From the NCBI RefSeq assembly GCF_041956535.1, contig NW_027192211.1, forward strand, positions 517,935 through 581,934: 64,000 bases of DNA. The letters run 5' to 3'. Source of the DNA: Calcarisporiella thermophila CBS 279.70. Taxonomy: Eukaryota; Fungi; Calcarisporiellomycota. Below are positions 1-13,695 of this stretch, piece by piece; position 1 is the stretch's first letter, and each line of letters opens with the position of its first letter. The notes under the pieces are model-generated. The model had not been told where the DNA came from. It saw nothing but the letters and a program-made list of their open reading frames with translations, and searched no databases. The position numbers were made by a program, and so were the translations under genes.

Positions 1-334
1 GATTTCAATAATGAAGAGGACATCGCTTATGTTTGGAGAAAACGGGCCCCGAAATTATAGTTAAATAAAAAAACCGAAATTGATATTGGTACTGTAAATC
101 CTTGAATTATACGCCTAACTTTTGCATTCACCCAGACGCACGCCCATATGTTCGTGCTACGTCATCCAGGGTAAAAAAATGCGGGACAGACATGTTGCTA
201 TCTAAAACGGGCGATTGCCAAATCGAATTGCCAAATTCAATCCGGTATGTGTATGTGGGGTTAGGGGATCTGACGAGATCAGACCTTCCGATTCCTCTGA
301 TTTCTATTTAGTATATAAAAGAGCAACCTTGATG

Positions 335-830
335 TATCATGGCTGTGCTTGATGATATCATTATTCATTTGCAAAGACCGGCTCAACTATTCGTATGTGC
401 AAGTGCTTCTCCTGACATCAACCACCCTTGATAAAGAGCAGGCTTCCTACCTCTCAATCTCAATTACACCTTGCGTGAGTGAGTTTGTGTCTGAATACGC
501 ACTAACTAAATTGAATCCCAGGCGCTTGACAAAGATTCTCTTCCTCGGAGGAGGTGGAGAAAGTTCTGATACCCTTCTTCTTAAGATGGTTGAACACAGT
601 TGCCGTGAAAGTATTAGACTACAACAGCACTGCCACAGATAATTCATCTAGATTAAATCCTTGTGAAAGCCTGCTTAACCCTCCTTGAGTTGGCTATTGC
701 AGCCGAATCCTGGTACTCTCGGAGTGATTGAGGCCGTTTTAAACTTGAACAGCATCTATGGCATCTCCTGTTTATCCATGTCGAAGGCGAACCACTTTGC
801 TACCATAAAGGAAAAAGTCGCGAGTCCTTA
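335..830 (+). mobile_element. Possible highly degenerate Ty3/Gypsy RT-RNaseH relic
   Basis: Broken-frame fragments in the expected order: VLDDIII (cf. YxDDII), FLG..RKF (cf. FLGLxNYYRKFIP), GVIEAVL (cf. GIGAVL). Many stops and frameshifts; no LTR seen. Confidence 0.3.
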
Positions 831-1139
831 CTAAAACGACGCAGGTTGAAAATCAGCCATATCTAATCGACTTGGATACAGTTTTGTGATGTGCAGGGCA
901 AAAGCAATAGGCTTTTAATTCCCAAATGCGCAATATCTTGCCAAATCTTGACTTTACTATAAATATTTCATAATGTATTATTCTTAATATAAATCAATGT
1001 TTTCAAAATGAAAATTAAGAAACAAAAGACACAAAGGAAAAACAAATAGAGAAAGCGTCCGCAAAGGAATTGAGGTAGTAAGGCTTTATGTGAGAGAGGA
1101 GGATAACAACTGTGTATGAACATCTTTTTTTTCCCTTCT

Positions 1140-2140
1140 TTACAAAACTCCCCATAGGTCCTCTAGTGCGCAGCAAACCTTTCCGCATGCCACGCTTGCA
1201 CTCAATGGGTATCCGCTTAAGCTGATCTTCTCGTCTACGTAATCGTCTGCAAAGTCGTCTTTGCCGTGTGCCATCGCACCAATGGCGACGCAGATTGAAG
1301 CATCTTGCGGAAGAGTAGGCAGATAATCTTTTAATCGCACAAGAGGAGCGTCGGCCGAAAAGGCTTGAAAGAAGAGAGGGGTCAATTTTTTCTGTTCGCG
1401 ACCTATTTGAGAACTTGCCAACCAAAACACTTACTGATTTTGCGACAGTTCGTCGGCAGATGATCCGTAATTGGATTTTTAATCACTCTCAACAGCTTCT
1501 CTGATCCATTGACGGAGCGGATGCTCAGCTTATGCAAGAGTTGGACTTTGGAAATGCAGCTAAAGCTTTAGCAAAATCTTTTATCATGTCAAGAGAAATC
1601 ATTATTCTCACCCATAAGCCCCGAGAAACGTTTGAATGTACGAGGGATTCGAACATGCGGATTGACCTCGATAAGGACATTCTTGGCAGTATGGATATAA
1701 ATTTGTAGCAAGCCGGCCTTGTTGAGTGGGCTGTCCAGCAGTGTCAGGAGACACTAAAAATTCGAAGAAACAATGAGGCCTTTGTACTCAATCTCGAGTC
1801 GGCATGAATGAAGCATTCTTGAATTTACCTGGTGTGTGATGTCAGGACGAGCATCCGTAATATCCTTTCCTAGCTTCTTGAGAATTGCCTGATGATCATC
1901 ACAGTTCAGTAGCTGGTATCGTGCGTCCTTTGCTTTTCCTACTCGGTATGTCTCTAGACATGCACGCTCGAGCACAACAATGAGGCGGCGACTGTTTTCT
2001 CGCTCTACCGGAGTGCGAGGAATTTTAGGCGCCTGAGGAACGAGAGAGACATTGGCATTGGCAGAGGCGTTGGGGCGAGCCTCCGACTTGGTCTCCTTGT
2101 GCTGCTGGTCTGTTTTCATCTCTACGTCTTCTAGATCCAT
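1140..2140 (-). CDS. EMG1: 18S rRNA pseudouridine N1-methyltransferase Nep1/Emg1 (multi-exon)
   Basis: [52 protein letters not shown]; GT-AG introns join ORFs 1754-2140 and 1140-1430. Confidence 0.96.
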
Positions 2141-2344
2141 CTTTCAATTATTTGGCTCTTGGTCACTGTCTTTCAATCCCCGTACTGAAGCTTGAAAAGT
2201 GTAAACATGATAACAGAGGGTCTTTCGGAGATTAAATTCACTGCGCCAACCTTTTTTCCAACATCAACACAGTCCAAGGTCAGAGCTAGGCATTTTTTTA
2301 TTATCTGTCAAAAAGCTCTACATTTGATTCTCTACATCACAAAC

Positions 2345-3347
2345 ATGGCATTTGCCCTCCGAACTCTTGCCCGCACGGCCACACGCTATACTCCTCTTGT
2401 GATACGTTCCGCCCCTGCACCCCGCCTTTCTGCCGCCGCAACTCTACGCCCTTTCACACGAGCCTTTACTTCGACCCCCCTCGCACGTGGCCATGGTCTC
2501 GTTGATCAAGATCTTTCCCACAAGCTCTCCGAGGAAATTCAGTACGAGCGCGACAATGCCGAGCCCACAGAGCCTGAATTCCTTACCGAATTCCGCAAAA
2601 ACAGCCCCTTCAAGATCGAAGAGCGCCCCGGTTACGATGAAGTCGCGTTGACGCGCTCTTTCGGTAACGAAAAGATTCAGGTTCTCTTCTCCATTTCCGA
2701 CATTAATGACGCAGAGGATGTGGAAGAATTTGCGGAGGAGGGTGAAGCTGAAGCTGAGGTAGGGATTCAGTTTGTCAGAAATTGCATTTATTCGAAGCTA
2801 ACTCGATTCTCTGATTTTAAGGCCCCAGAGACCGAATCCTCGTTCCCAGTGCGCTGCTCCATCACCATTGAAAAGGTTAGTAGAAGCATTTGGTTATTTG
2901 AAGTCCCCCTTGTCTTTGCTAACTGTCCATTTTCCCGCTTTTTTTTAGGATAACAAGGGGGCTTTGACCATCGACGCTGTTGCGCAGGACGGTATCTTTA
3001 TGATCGAAAACATCCTCTTCTACAAGGACAACAGATTGGCCACCGAGCAAACCGCCGAAGCTGACTGGCAACGCCGTGGACTCTATATTGGCCCGCAGTT
3101 CGCGCATCTTGACCCGGTAAATTGAAATTTGACACTTTGAATAACCAAAAATCGAATGGGGATCTAACCACGACTGCTATCTTTTTTATTTTTTCGATAG
3201 AATGTTCAAGTCATGTTTGAGCGGTTCCTCGAGGAGCGTGGCGTCAACACGGCCCTTGCCCTCTTCATTCCATCCTATGTTGAACTGAAGGAGCAAAAAG
3301 AGTATGTGGCGTGGTTGGAGAATGTTAAAACTTTTGTCGATGCGTAA
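2345..3347 (+). CDS. MAM33: Mitochondrial acidic matrix protein Mam33/C1QBP (p32)
   Basis: Arg/Ala-rich presequence, LSEEIQYE, EVALTRSFGNEKIQVLF, LYIGPQFAHLD, FLEERGVN...KEQKEYVAWL; 3 introns; stop at 3345-3347. Confidence 0.9.
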
Positions 3348-4061
3348 TGGTGACCTAAGTGCATATGTCTTTTCTAAATAAAAACAAAATTTTTCAAGTG
3401 TTCATCAAAGAATTAAGCTTGTCACTTTATTGAAACCTCCAGTTTAACGCTGCGCTCTCGAAGAGTGGCCATATTTTGATACTTTATACAGCTTTTGAGG
3501 TATTGGAAGAAGAATCCATTCACCAAAAATTGAAAATCGTTTCATTCATGGCTCGAAACTTTTCCTATATCTGACAGAAAGCATTGGGGGGAGATTTAGA
3601 GAAGCGTTGCCAGAAAGACTTGTGGTGGAAAACGATCTCATTCTATTTACCAATGAAAAATTTCTTGTTCATAATCGGAACAAGTCTTGTGTGGTTTTCC
3701 GTTCCTACTTTCTCGTGACAGGATTATATATAATATTATATATAATTTTTAGAAATGAGAAAAAAAAGGGGGGAATGTGGAGAAGTATCGAAAATAAAAA
3801 TCGGCTGGGAGACAGAATCTCCAAAACACAAAAGATATTTATATATATATAAGAACATAGCTGTGAGAAGAAAAAGGAGAACAATAATAAAGCATTGCTA
3901 TTGAAGAATAAGTAAAACAAAGCACATTAATAATTTATCACAACACAATTTCGGGAAAAAAATTAAACGCACATAAAAAAAGGGGGAAGAGAAAAGGGGA
4001 AATTTCTATAGCGATGGAGAAGAAAACGAAGGTTTTCTTAAGGCTTAGTATGCTCGAGCAT

Positions 4062-7000
4062 TCATAGATCTACGGTGTTCGGATTGCTGAACCGGATCAC
4101 TCCATCCACAACGCACGCATCTACCTGATATTGTTCCTGCAGCCGGACGTTCCTTGGTTCATTATTGGCCTCACCAAAGGTGACCAAAACCAAGCCAGCC
4201 TCCTTGATAGTGGAAATCAAGGGGGGTACTTGGACGAGAGGGGTGGAGTAGCACATGATACCGAGAAGATTGTTGGTTTTGGCAAACTTGACTGCTTCCT
4301 TAAACGAGGAACAGTGGGGATCATCAAGCAGGTGTGTGTCTTGGTCATTCGGAGAAGAGGGTAAAGGCTGAACTGCAATGGCCAACTGTGAAATAGTAGC
4401 ATGGCCGGCAGAGACATTTGAAGTGTCTTCTGCTTTGCGCTTACGAGACTGCAGTTGCGCGGTATCCTTTCCAAATCCGCAGTAGGAACTGAAGAACACG
4501 GCATCTTCGGGAGAGAAATTACGCAAATAAATATCAGATTAGCCCTCGTCCCCTTTACTTCCTTGTCAAAAGAAAAGGTAAGAAAACAAAAGACTTACAG
4601 TTTGGCTGCTTCCAATTTAACACCATACAAATGGATGGGTTGAAGGACGAGAATATGATAGACCTGCTCTGAGACGCTAGTCGTTGTGCATATTGGTACA
4701 CGGTTTTCAGGATTGCGTCCACGTATTCATTGTTCTCGGCAATGTTGGCAAATCGGTGCAGAGCGAAGTCCGCGGCCATTGGATAGAGAACCTCGATGTT
4801 GAGGCCGTAGGCAGGCGGGAGACTCGTAAGCACTTGTTCCAGAGAGAGATAGGCTTGGTTGATGATCCGCTGTACCTCGTGAGCACTTCCAGCGCGCTCC
4901 CAGTTAGTGTCACGTTCACGGCGGCTCCCAACTGTCTTGAACTGCTCATAGGTGACATCCGAAACGCAGAGATCGAGGCCTTCCATGGGCAACATCCACC
5001 CCGAGAAGACCACAGGCACCATATCACGGGTGACTTGCACGAACACTTGGATGTATTCGCCCGAAAGAGAGGACGCAGTCACGAACGAGGATTGTCCGGC
5101 GGCGCCTGAAAGCCCGTGAGAGCCCGTAGTGGGCTGATGCACGGGACTATACGTGACATCGGGAACACCCGGATTTCCGGGAGAGGAGCCCACACCCGTA
5201 GCCTTCCAATAGGTCTCGATACGGCCACCAATTTCGAGCTGGACGTCGCGGAACGGCCTTATCACCGAGAATTCATAGGACACTTCACCTACGACTTTGA
5301 GATGGGGGTCGAAGAGTGGACAAGACACGGCAGAGCTTGCCCCTCCACAGCCTCCGTAGGGAAGCGGACCATAGGTGCGAACATTCTGATCAAACAAATG
5401 CTGCAGGGTTACTCCACGCCCAATCACCCGTGACCCAAACGTGGGGTAGATGTCAAATTCTAGGGAGAGATTCTCCAGAGACGCAACCTGGAACGAAAAG
5501 ATACGGCCTTCATCCGCCAGTGGCAAGATCACATTGTAGGGAATCAACCCAGTGTCTGGTTTGGAAGAGATCACCAGTTTTAGAGACGAGAGCCCACTGT
5601 CGCCGTAGAGACGCACGGGCTGCTTACGGTGGTGACGGGACTTGTGACCAAGGCGGATCTGGAGAAGGTACTTCTTGTCGAGATAATTGTGTCCGTAGAT
5701 GCGGAACGGAATAATGGGAGGGGGAAGGGAGAGGTCCGGAATGTCAAGATCGTCTGGGTCTCCTCCGCCGTCTTCGACGTTGGGGGCGTTCTCACCCTCG
5801 GCAGAGGTCATCGGCTCATCCACCACCGAATCCACAACACACCCAGCCTCCAACAACACCGCCACACATTCCACATGGCCCTCCCACGCAGCGTAGTAGA
5901 CCGGGGTTAATCCGAATTCATCCTTCATATTCAACTTACACCCCGCCTCAATTAATGCCCGAACACACTGAATATGGCCGTCGCTGGCGGCATAGAAAAG
6001 TGGAGTCCAGCCCTTGTACGTGTCGGGGGTGTCCAGATGAGCAGAATCATACTGTGTTAACATTCTAGTTAGCTCGGGATGACCAGCACGACAGGTCAGG
6101 TGCAGTGGATACATTCCCTCAGAGTTGAGCAAGACTTTTGCGCCGCGATTCATCAAGAGAAGCGCGACATCTTTGTGGCCATACTGACAAGCGAGAGAGA
6201 GCGGGATATAGTCCTGCTCGGCGTTGGCGGGCTCGACCTCAGCTCCTGCTTCCAGGAAGATCTTGACGCATTCTGTATGGCCATTGATAACCGCATAGAT
6301 AAATGGAGTGAACCCGTCATGATCTGACACGTCGTAATTCGCCCCGTGATCTAACACGAATCGGGCACATGCACCATGTCCATGCATAGCCATGTAGTGA
6401 ATCGGGCGGCGTCCATAGGCGTCTACGGCGTTTACGTCCGCTCGGTGCTCCACGCATTGTTTAATCAGGGCTAGGCTTCCCGTGATAGCGGCCTCATGTA
6501 GACAGGTCCGATCGTTAATGTCATCAATATACTTGAAATTGATGAGGCCACTGCCCACCACTAGTTGAACAATATCATCTGTGGCGTCCGAGCAGGCACG
6601 CCAGAATACACGTGAAACTCGGTCACTATCTGCAGAAAATGGATGCTGTCGAATTCGATCGATCACTTCCTGGACAAGTGCCACCGAGCCGGTAAGCATT
6701 GCCTTATGGAGCTCAATCGAGAGTTCGTCAATCACGGAGGCGCTTGCAAGAGCCGCAGATTTGCCTATCGAAGCCGTGAAGTCAATGGACTTTCTCTGTT
6801 GCGGCATAACTTCAGTTGTAGCGGTGGCTGAAGGAACTACCGCTTGTCCATCAGCAAGACTATCCAGTTCAAGCAGATTGCTTGCAGCCACATCTGCAAA
6901 TTCAGCAAGGCTCTGTTGATTGAAGCAGGGCTGGATTTCCACCTGGCGCGAGAGATACAGCTCTTTCGTGCTCGATTTAGAGCGTTTGTCCCATTTTTTG

Positions 7001-7707
7001 AGGATTTTTCGAAAACCGGTGCCATTAATCTCGACGAATTTCTAAAATGCATATGGAAAGTGAAGAAAGCGGTGAGTGAGTATATACAGATGGTGTTTTT
7101 AGGGTGGGTGACTGCATTTACCTGCAATTTGTTCAAATCATGTTCGAACTGATGGAAGGCCTCCTGCAGTGATGTGAGGGAGGTTAACTTATGGTGCGTC
7201 ATAAGTTGTTCATCGCGGGCCAGTACGATCTTTTTTTTATCAACAAGTGTCCGTAAACGTACGTTAAGCTCAGCCTCCTTTTGCAAATAAAACTGGTTGA
7301 TCTATTCAGGAAAATAGAACGGGAAATGGTTCAGTCATACTAGCCAGCTATATGAATGTATATAAATATTAGGTGTGTTGCTCGGTCCTTACCTTCTCCA
7401 ACTCTCGTTCTAGTCTAAAGAAGAATGCTGCCTTAATACTCTGTAGAGTCTTGGCTGGATCGGCATCAGGTACTCCAGCTGCAGCAACACTAATGGTTGC
7501 CGCATCGGGAGCCGTGTCCACAGGTGCATTTTGCAAACTCCCGATGATTTTCTTGAGGGCCTTGTAGTTCAAATAATACGGCGCCCATTCAGGCACTTGC
7601 AAGTTGATTAGCTGCTTTCCGAACTATCGGGCATTTGGGTGAATAAAGAGAGGATCAACAAGTCAATTTGAAAAAACACGGTGGAAGCTGTTAATAGGCA
7701 CCTTCAT
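4062..7707 (-). CDS. PHO81: SPX-ankyrin-(degenerate GDPD) CDK inhibitor Pho81/Nuc-2
   Basis: Spliced start MK|FGKQ..., YLNYKALKKII (SPX), ankyrin repeats, IPDLSLPPPIIPFRIYGHNYLD, C-terminal GDPD-like fold (IIFSSFNP, WKQPN). Confidence 0.92.
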
Positions 7708-8568
7708 AGTTGTAATAAGACCCTGATAAATAATAAATATAAGGCTCCAGTCGATATATGCCCGTGTAGATTCGCTTCCACACCCTAAAATCGATTATGT
7801 GTGAAGAGAAGATTGCTAGATGCCTTTATGAAAGTGAAGAGAAGGAAGAAAAGGAGTAGGATTCCTTCACAGCGAGAGAAAGTTAGAAGGCCAATAAGTC
7901 AGAGGGTCGAAATTGCCAGAAACATTGAGATCAAATTCAAATTACCTGGCCACAATAGTGAACAGTTAAATGAAAGCAGATATCATTTGAAGTATCAAAG
8001 GAGAATATGATATCGTTTTTTTTTTTATGAAAGACGTCTGCTTTAACCTCTGAACTTTTTCTCCTCGATAAGGGCAAGTTGATGGGATGATGAAGTTAGG
8101 TTAGGTTAGTAGTAGGATATATCTACAATTCATGATGGAAACAAGGGAGTTGGAAATTATGCCGAATCAATTGATCATATATGGTGTTTTTCTCTAAGCC
8201 CCACAATTCATGTTATCCAAGTATCCGATAATATTTTCACAAATGGATATGCGTTAAATTTAGCTAACCTATACCCCTATTTGCTCTGTTAAAATTGAAG
8301 GCTGCTTCTTCTAAGACATATAACAATCATTTGATCTTATCTCATCAAATTCACTGGGCTGCCCATCTTTATTAAGGATGTTCTAGTTACATAGTTAAAT
8401 TGATAGACTTTGACTGACTCTTGGCTAGAACCTTCTAACAACATATTTTCGTGGGAATATTGAAGCCGAAACCAAAATTTCTTAATATAGGAGGGTAGTA
8501 GTATCTAGATCACAATTAAGAAAACCTCAATATACACACAATAATAAATAGATAAATATGTGATATGT

Positions 8569-9540
8569 CTAAATTAGAGTTTCTATCTCTGCTGCACCTG
8601 AAGTCAGCTCAAGTGATGATCTATGCAAGCGATTTTTCTTCTTGAGAGGCCACCACGAGATATTCTCCAACGTGTCTTTTACTGTAGGATGTAAAAGGAA
8701 AATAAGAAGATTAATTGTTCCTGACATATCGATGATCACTGGTTCGAATTCAATATAATAATGCAGTAGACCATGAGGTATTTCTAATGCTTCTAAGATA
8801 GCATTAGTCGCGTGTAGAGATATCGCTGCGGTGCCTAAAACGATTGTAAACGGGTAGTATAGAGTAAAGAGTACCGAAACAAGTAAGCGCCTCTGCTTAG
8901 CCTTGGACTCTTTGCTTTCTGAGCCTACTGAGTTTAGAGTAGAAAATTCTTTTCGAAGCCGATAAAATACCATAGCTACAACCACGAAGGAATACGACAC
9001 GCAAATGAAGGTCCACGATAAATATATTAATCCCGCGACAAATGTGCGAAGGCTCTGTGTAAAGTCACGGTCTGGATTCTCATCGTTATTGGATGTAAGC
9101 TTGAGGAAATATTCGGGGTCGACTAGGAGAATATAAGGCAAGCTACATAATACAGCACAAAGTAGAGAAATGATCCAGTACCAGTTCTGAATGCGCTTTG
9201 CGTATGCCACACGGTATATGAATGAGAGATGGAGATCAAACGCAATACACACCGGCATCATCATAGCCCAGGTGCTGACCATTTGGGGAACAGCAAATAA
9301 AATGCGGGCAATCAACTGATTCGATAATTTGGGAAGAGAATTGTGGAATTCTTCAGTGTAGATAATACCAACAACATGAAAGACCACATCTATTAGTCCG
9401 ATCCAAAAGCTTTGACTGATGTAAACAATATTTACGACTTCAGGTTTCTTTTTCTGGAGACTGAGAACAAGCGTGAAAAGAATAATCCCGCTAAATGCAG
9501 AAAGCGAATTCAAACTGAGAGATAATAGCGAGATGGGCAT
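8569..9540 (-). CDS. 7TM GPCR-like membrane protein (cAMP-receptor/Git3-like fold), tandem copy 1
   Basis: About 7 hydrophobic segments; CIAFDLHLSF, LYYP, GTINLLIFLLHP; intronless CDS; paralog of the neighbouring gene. Confidence 0.7.
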   Translation of the reverse strand: MPISLLSLSLNSLSAFSGIILFTLVLSLQKKKPEVVNIVYISQSFWIGLIDVVFHVVGIIYTEEFHNSLPKLSNQLIARILFAVPQMVSTWAMMMPVCIAFDLHLSFIYRVAYAKRIQNWYWIISLLCAVLCSLPYILLVDPEYFLKLTSNNDENPDRDFTQSLRTFVAGLIYLSWTFICVSYSFVVVAMVFYRLRKEFSTLNSVGSESKESKAKQRRLLVSVLFTLYYPFTIVLGTAAISLHATNAILEALEIPHGLLHYYIEFEPVIIDMSGTINLLIFLLHPTVKDTLENISWWPLKKKNRLHRSSLELTSGAAEIETLI

Positions 9541-10209
9541 GCTTCGATAGTGAATATTCTAGGAAGTCTAGTCCACTCAATTATATAGCAGAACCTGGGA
9601 TAGAAGTGAGATATAGAAGCGAAGAAAGATATTATGATGCTTGATAATAAGGTCAAATTTATACGAAACACAACGAGCATCCAATTACCTGTTAGCGGAT
9701 TAAAAAGGAAAATGAGAAATTTGATTAATATATGAATAAAAGGAAGCAAAAGTTGGCCCAGAGAGGGACATTAAAATAATCTGGCCAACAGCCCACAGAC
9801 ATCAGCAGGAGTTCTTGATTGAACCACTACTATCTGCATTTTTCACAATAAAAGATGCAAGGCAGAACGGACATCATTTAGCCTTTCGAAAAGGTTTATT
9901 CCTTTGGCAGCTTTGGATTTGTGTAATCGGGGTGTAGCATATTTAGAACAATGACGACAGGAGAGGGAAAAACTGAGGTGTTGTGCAGAGTTTACGGAAT
10001 ACAATTTTACAAAAAAAGGTTAACCTAAGTTTGCAGAAACGCACTACTCCTCTCGTGAGCAATAGCACAAATGGCAATATAGATCGATAGTAGAAATTTC
10101 CAGGAGAAGAAACACACTGGGAGAATCATCTTTTGTTGTTCTAGTGGTGGCAAAAGACAGGGCATGTCTAACAATACAACAGAAAAGTTCATATAGAAGG
10201 CTATACAGT

Positions 10210-11172
10210 TTATTCATCGATAAGCTTCTCAGTTTCTGAGTTACTAGTCACGGGCAATTCATGCTGAGTCGCTAACCGTCTTTCCTTTTTAATAGGCCAC
10301 CACGAAACGTCTTCCAAAGCGCGCCGGAATGTGGGATGAAAGAAAAACACGAGCAGATGAAATACGCCTGCCAAACTTTGGAGCATCATTAAAATCCAAA
10401 ACACGAGCTTTGGAATCTTAGGCAAAACTAAGATGTCCAGGAAGAGGTTGAAGGCCGGTAAAATATACGTCCATTGCGAGAGAATAAGCACGACTGGGTA
10501 TAAGAGTGCAAAGAGAATCGTGCGCTTTAAGCGGTGTTCAGAGTTTCGTGGCTCATTTCTCATATTATTACCGGCGCCTGATTCATGAGACTTCTTCCAC
10601 AGCGAATATAATACCGAGACTACTGCAACCACAGTATAAAGAGTGCAAATAAACTCCCAAGAAAATTGCAAGAACCACACGAAGTATAAGCGAAGATTAT
10701 TCTTAGACCCTAAAAATACCCTGTGCTTATCCCCTTCATAATCTACAGAGAGTAATAGATGACTGGGTAGTTGGTAACATAATGCTAGAAGGATTGAGAT
10801 GGGCGTGTAAAAGCGTTGTATTCTCTCCATTCTTTCGAATCGAAAAACAAATGAGAGATGCAAATCAAGTGCAATGCACACCACCACCATTGTGAGCCAG
10901 GCATTCAGGAACCATGGAAGGAAAAGGTGGAAATGGATCCACCAGTGGTCTGAAATTCCATTATAAGGCTCTAGCAGCACGCCGTTCCTGGATACCATAT
11001 ACCAAGTATATTCGATAGTATCTATGAGGCCAATCCAGAGGTTTTGTTTGAAAGAAAACACATTTACAACCCTCGGCTTTTTTAAGCGAAAATAAAGCAC
11101 CAGAAAGAATAGTAGGACCCCGCACAGCGCAGAGAGGATCTCGGCAACTTGAAAGAGCAGAGAATCATCCAT
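10210..11172 (-). CDS. 7TM GPCR-like membrane protein, tandem copy 2
   Basis: CIALDLHLSF, LLYP, GVFHLLVFFFHP, shared SWWP(L/I)KK tail; first ATG (MDDSLL) at 11172. Confidence 0.7.
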   Translation of the reverse strand: MDDSLLFQVAEILSALCGVLLFFLVLYFRLKKPRVVNVFSFKQNLWIGLIDTIEYTWYMVSRNGVLLEPYNGISDHWWIHFHLFLPWFLNAWLTMVVVCIALDLHLSFVFRFERMERIQRFYTPISILLALCYQLPSHLLLSVDYEGDKHRVFLGSKNNLRLYFVWFLQFSWEFICTLYTVVAVVSVLYSLWKKSHESGAGNNMRNEPRNSEHRLKRTILFALLYPVVLILSQWTYILPAFNLFLDILVLPKIPKLVFWILMMLQSLAGVFHLLVFFFHPTFRRALEDVSWWPIKKERRLATQHELPVTSNSETEKLIDE

Positions 11173-11756
11173 GTCTCTATAACAAAGGATATTAGCAGCT
11201 CTATTATTCTCGAGCAATAGCGGAGAAAAAGACAACTGGACTAAGCTGCGCTATTCCATGGCCGTATGCTGCATTGCACAAACTTAAAATCGCACACGGT
11301 GTTTAAAAACTTTTTGTTAAAAGATTTGGCCTTGGAGTAACGAGCAAGCCGAAAAGAAAATACTTGCAATTCGCAAAGTGTAAAGCATAGAGCTGCATGT
11401 ATTAAGCAGTTGGAAAGACCAGAGATAGAGTATAGTACGCTACAATAGGATATTATCGTGGAATTGCTAATTAATACCATATACAAATATACTATATTTT
11501 TCATATATAAATGATCGAACTTTGCATTTCAATGCAATTATAAATTTAGTAGCGAGACTGTCAAATTTGTGACTAACAAGCCGCAGTAAAAACTGAAAAC
11601 AATTCAACGATTCAGGGGGGATAGGACAAGTCAATTGAGGGGCTGTTCTACTTAATAGACAACTTATTGATCAAGGCAGCAACGAAGGGAGCAATTTATC
11701 TCTTATACAGAGGAAAGCTAGGAATATCTATATCTATCTATATATATATAAAAGTA

Positions 11757-13231
11757 ATGGCGTTATCTACACTTCAAAGTCTAAAACATCCTCTTGTTAA
11801 AGCAAGGTCCCAGCTGCCTTGGCGAGCTGGTTTCGTTCATGAAACTGTAAGTCGTTTGCTCCAAGTATTTTCCGATCTGTTCATTATGTCTACTAGTTCA
11901 TTAATTATCATTCGCTTCGGTAGTTTACATCCAATCGATTCTTTTCAAGTCTCAATCGAAGATTAAATACTCATGTAATTGGCCGGTCATGGACACACAG
12001 GCCTACTTGGGCTTTTGCCACAACGCGATCCTACTCTAGTCCCGCCACCACCACCTTCACCACACCAGTGGATGCCTCCACAGCGAGTAAAATTGCCTCC
12101 CTCTCCGATAATACATCGCAGACTCTAGAGACAGTCTCTTCCTCCCCTTCAATCCTTGATGGATATCTTACTTCTCGCATTGCAGACACCACTATGCATA
12201 TCGGTGATCTTAAATCCATGGGACTCTGTCACAACACTCCGGTTGGATGGCTGCAATCCCTGCTCGAGGCAACCCATGTCTGGACCGGTCTACCCTGGTG
12301 GGGAACCATTGCCCTCGTGACAGTTGCCATTCGTTCAGCGCTCATGCCGTTCATGATCAGTATTCAGCGTAACAATGCAAACATGATGAACATCAACCCG
12401 GAAATGCAGCGGCTCATGTCCAATATACAGACTGCTAAGAATGAGGGAGACAGTGCTGCTCTTTCTCGGTATACAATGGAGGTTCAGGACCTCTTCCGGA
12501 AAAACAAGTGCCATCCACTCAAGAGTCTTGGCCTACCGTTACTGCAGGCCCCCGTCATGATCAGTTTTTACCTGGCACTTCGTAAAATGAGCGAGCTCCC
12601 GGTCCCGCAATTTCAAGAGGGCGGCATTGCCTGGTTCACCGATCTGACCGCAAAAGATCCTTATTATATCCTGCCCGCCGTGTCCTGCATGAGCATGATG
12701 GCCATCCTCGAGGTAAATTCTAGTCTTTGATGAGTTTCATATTTACTCAGCTTACATCGCTCTGACTACGTCTCAGTTGGGTACAGAAGCGGGCGCTTCC
12801 ACCCCTCAGACTCGACAAATGAAGACCCTCTTCCGTGGTCTGGCTATTGTGATGATCCCAGCGACCTGCTGGTTCCCATCGGTAAGTAGAAAAAGAGGAA
12901 AATTAGAATTCTATCATCTTCATAATTAACTCGTTCTAAAACTCGCACCCCCACCCTTTAGTCCGTTTTCTGTTATTGGATTACCTCCAATCTCTTCTCT
13001 ATGGGTCAAATTGCTATTCTGCGAAATAAGACTGTTCGGCGATTTTTGAACATTCCAGAAATCAACCCTCGGGTGCAAGAGGAGAACAAGAAAAAGATGG
13101 GTTTCATGGAGGCCTTCAAGGCCATCACTGAGGACGCAAGGAAAAAAGCTGTTGACCAGGAACGGCAGCGGCAATTAAGAGAGCGGCAGGCTGCAACAGC
13201 GCTAAGGAGGCAGTCGCGCAAACGATTTTAA
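11757..13231 (+). CDS. OXA1: Mitochondrial inner-membrane insertase Oxa1
   Basis: TGLPWWGTI, LLQAPVMISFYLALRKM, GGIAWFTDLTAKDPYYILP, YWITSN; presequence exon from 11757 (start inferred). Confidence 0.92.
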
Positions 13232-13695
13232 ATTTAAGATTTTAGAAAACAATAAAAAGACTTGCTGTATACACAAAACACTACTCTTTTTTATTTTTCC
13301 CTCTCTTATGTGATCGGTCTTGGAATTTATCCGCTATGTTAATTTATGTCATCCATCTAATGACTTGGACGCGTCTTGACCAGCATTGGAACGTGTGCTA
13401 GAAAATTAATATCTCTTGGAGGGGATACGGCCTAGCAACAATTCTACCGAACAAGGCCAATGCGGATTCAGACCTTTGTTAGTCAGGTTTCAGAGGAAGT
13501 TTAACACGTACCAATTTTCGATGATATACGGTTCATTTATTTCTTTTAGTTCTTGGTTGCCGATAATTGTTTCTGTCACAAATTTGTCAGCAGCAGCTAC
13601 TATTTATAAGAAAAGAAATAAAAGAAAGCATATATCTTCAAAAGTAGGGGCGAAGGACTCTTAGTGGCGAGCAGGGAGGTCACTGATTTTTTACG

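Noticed and set aside
4131-7567. Many overlapping or antisense ORFs within PHO81 (also within RLI1, PPR, NMD3, GMC)
   Set aside because: Shadow frames of GC-rich coding sequence with no independent motifs.
8095-8116. TTAGG x2-3 telomere-like run
   Set aside because: Too short; consistent with a chance microsatellite.
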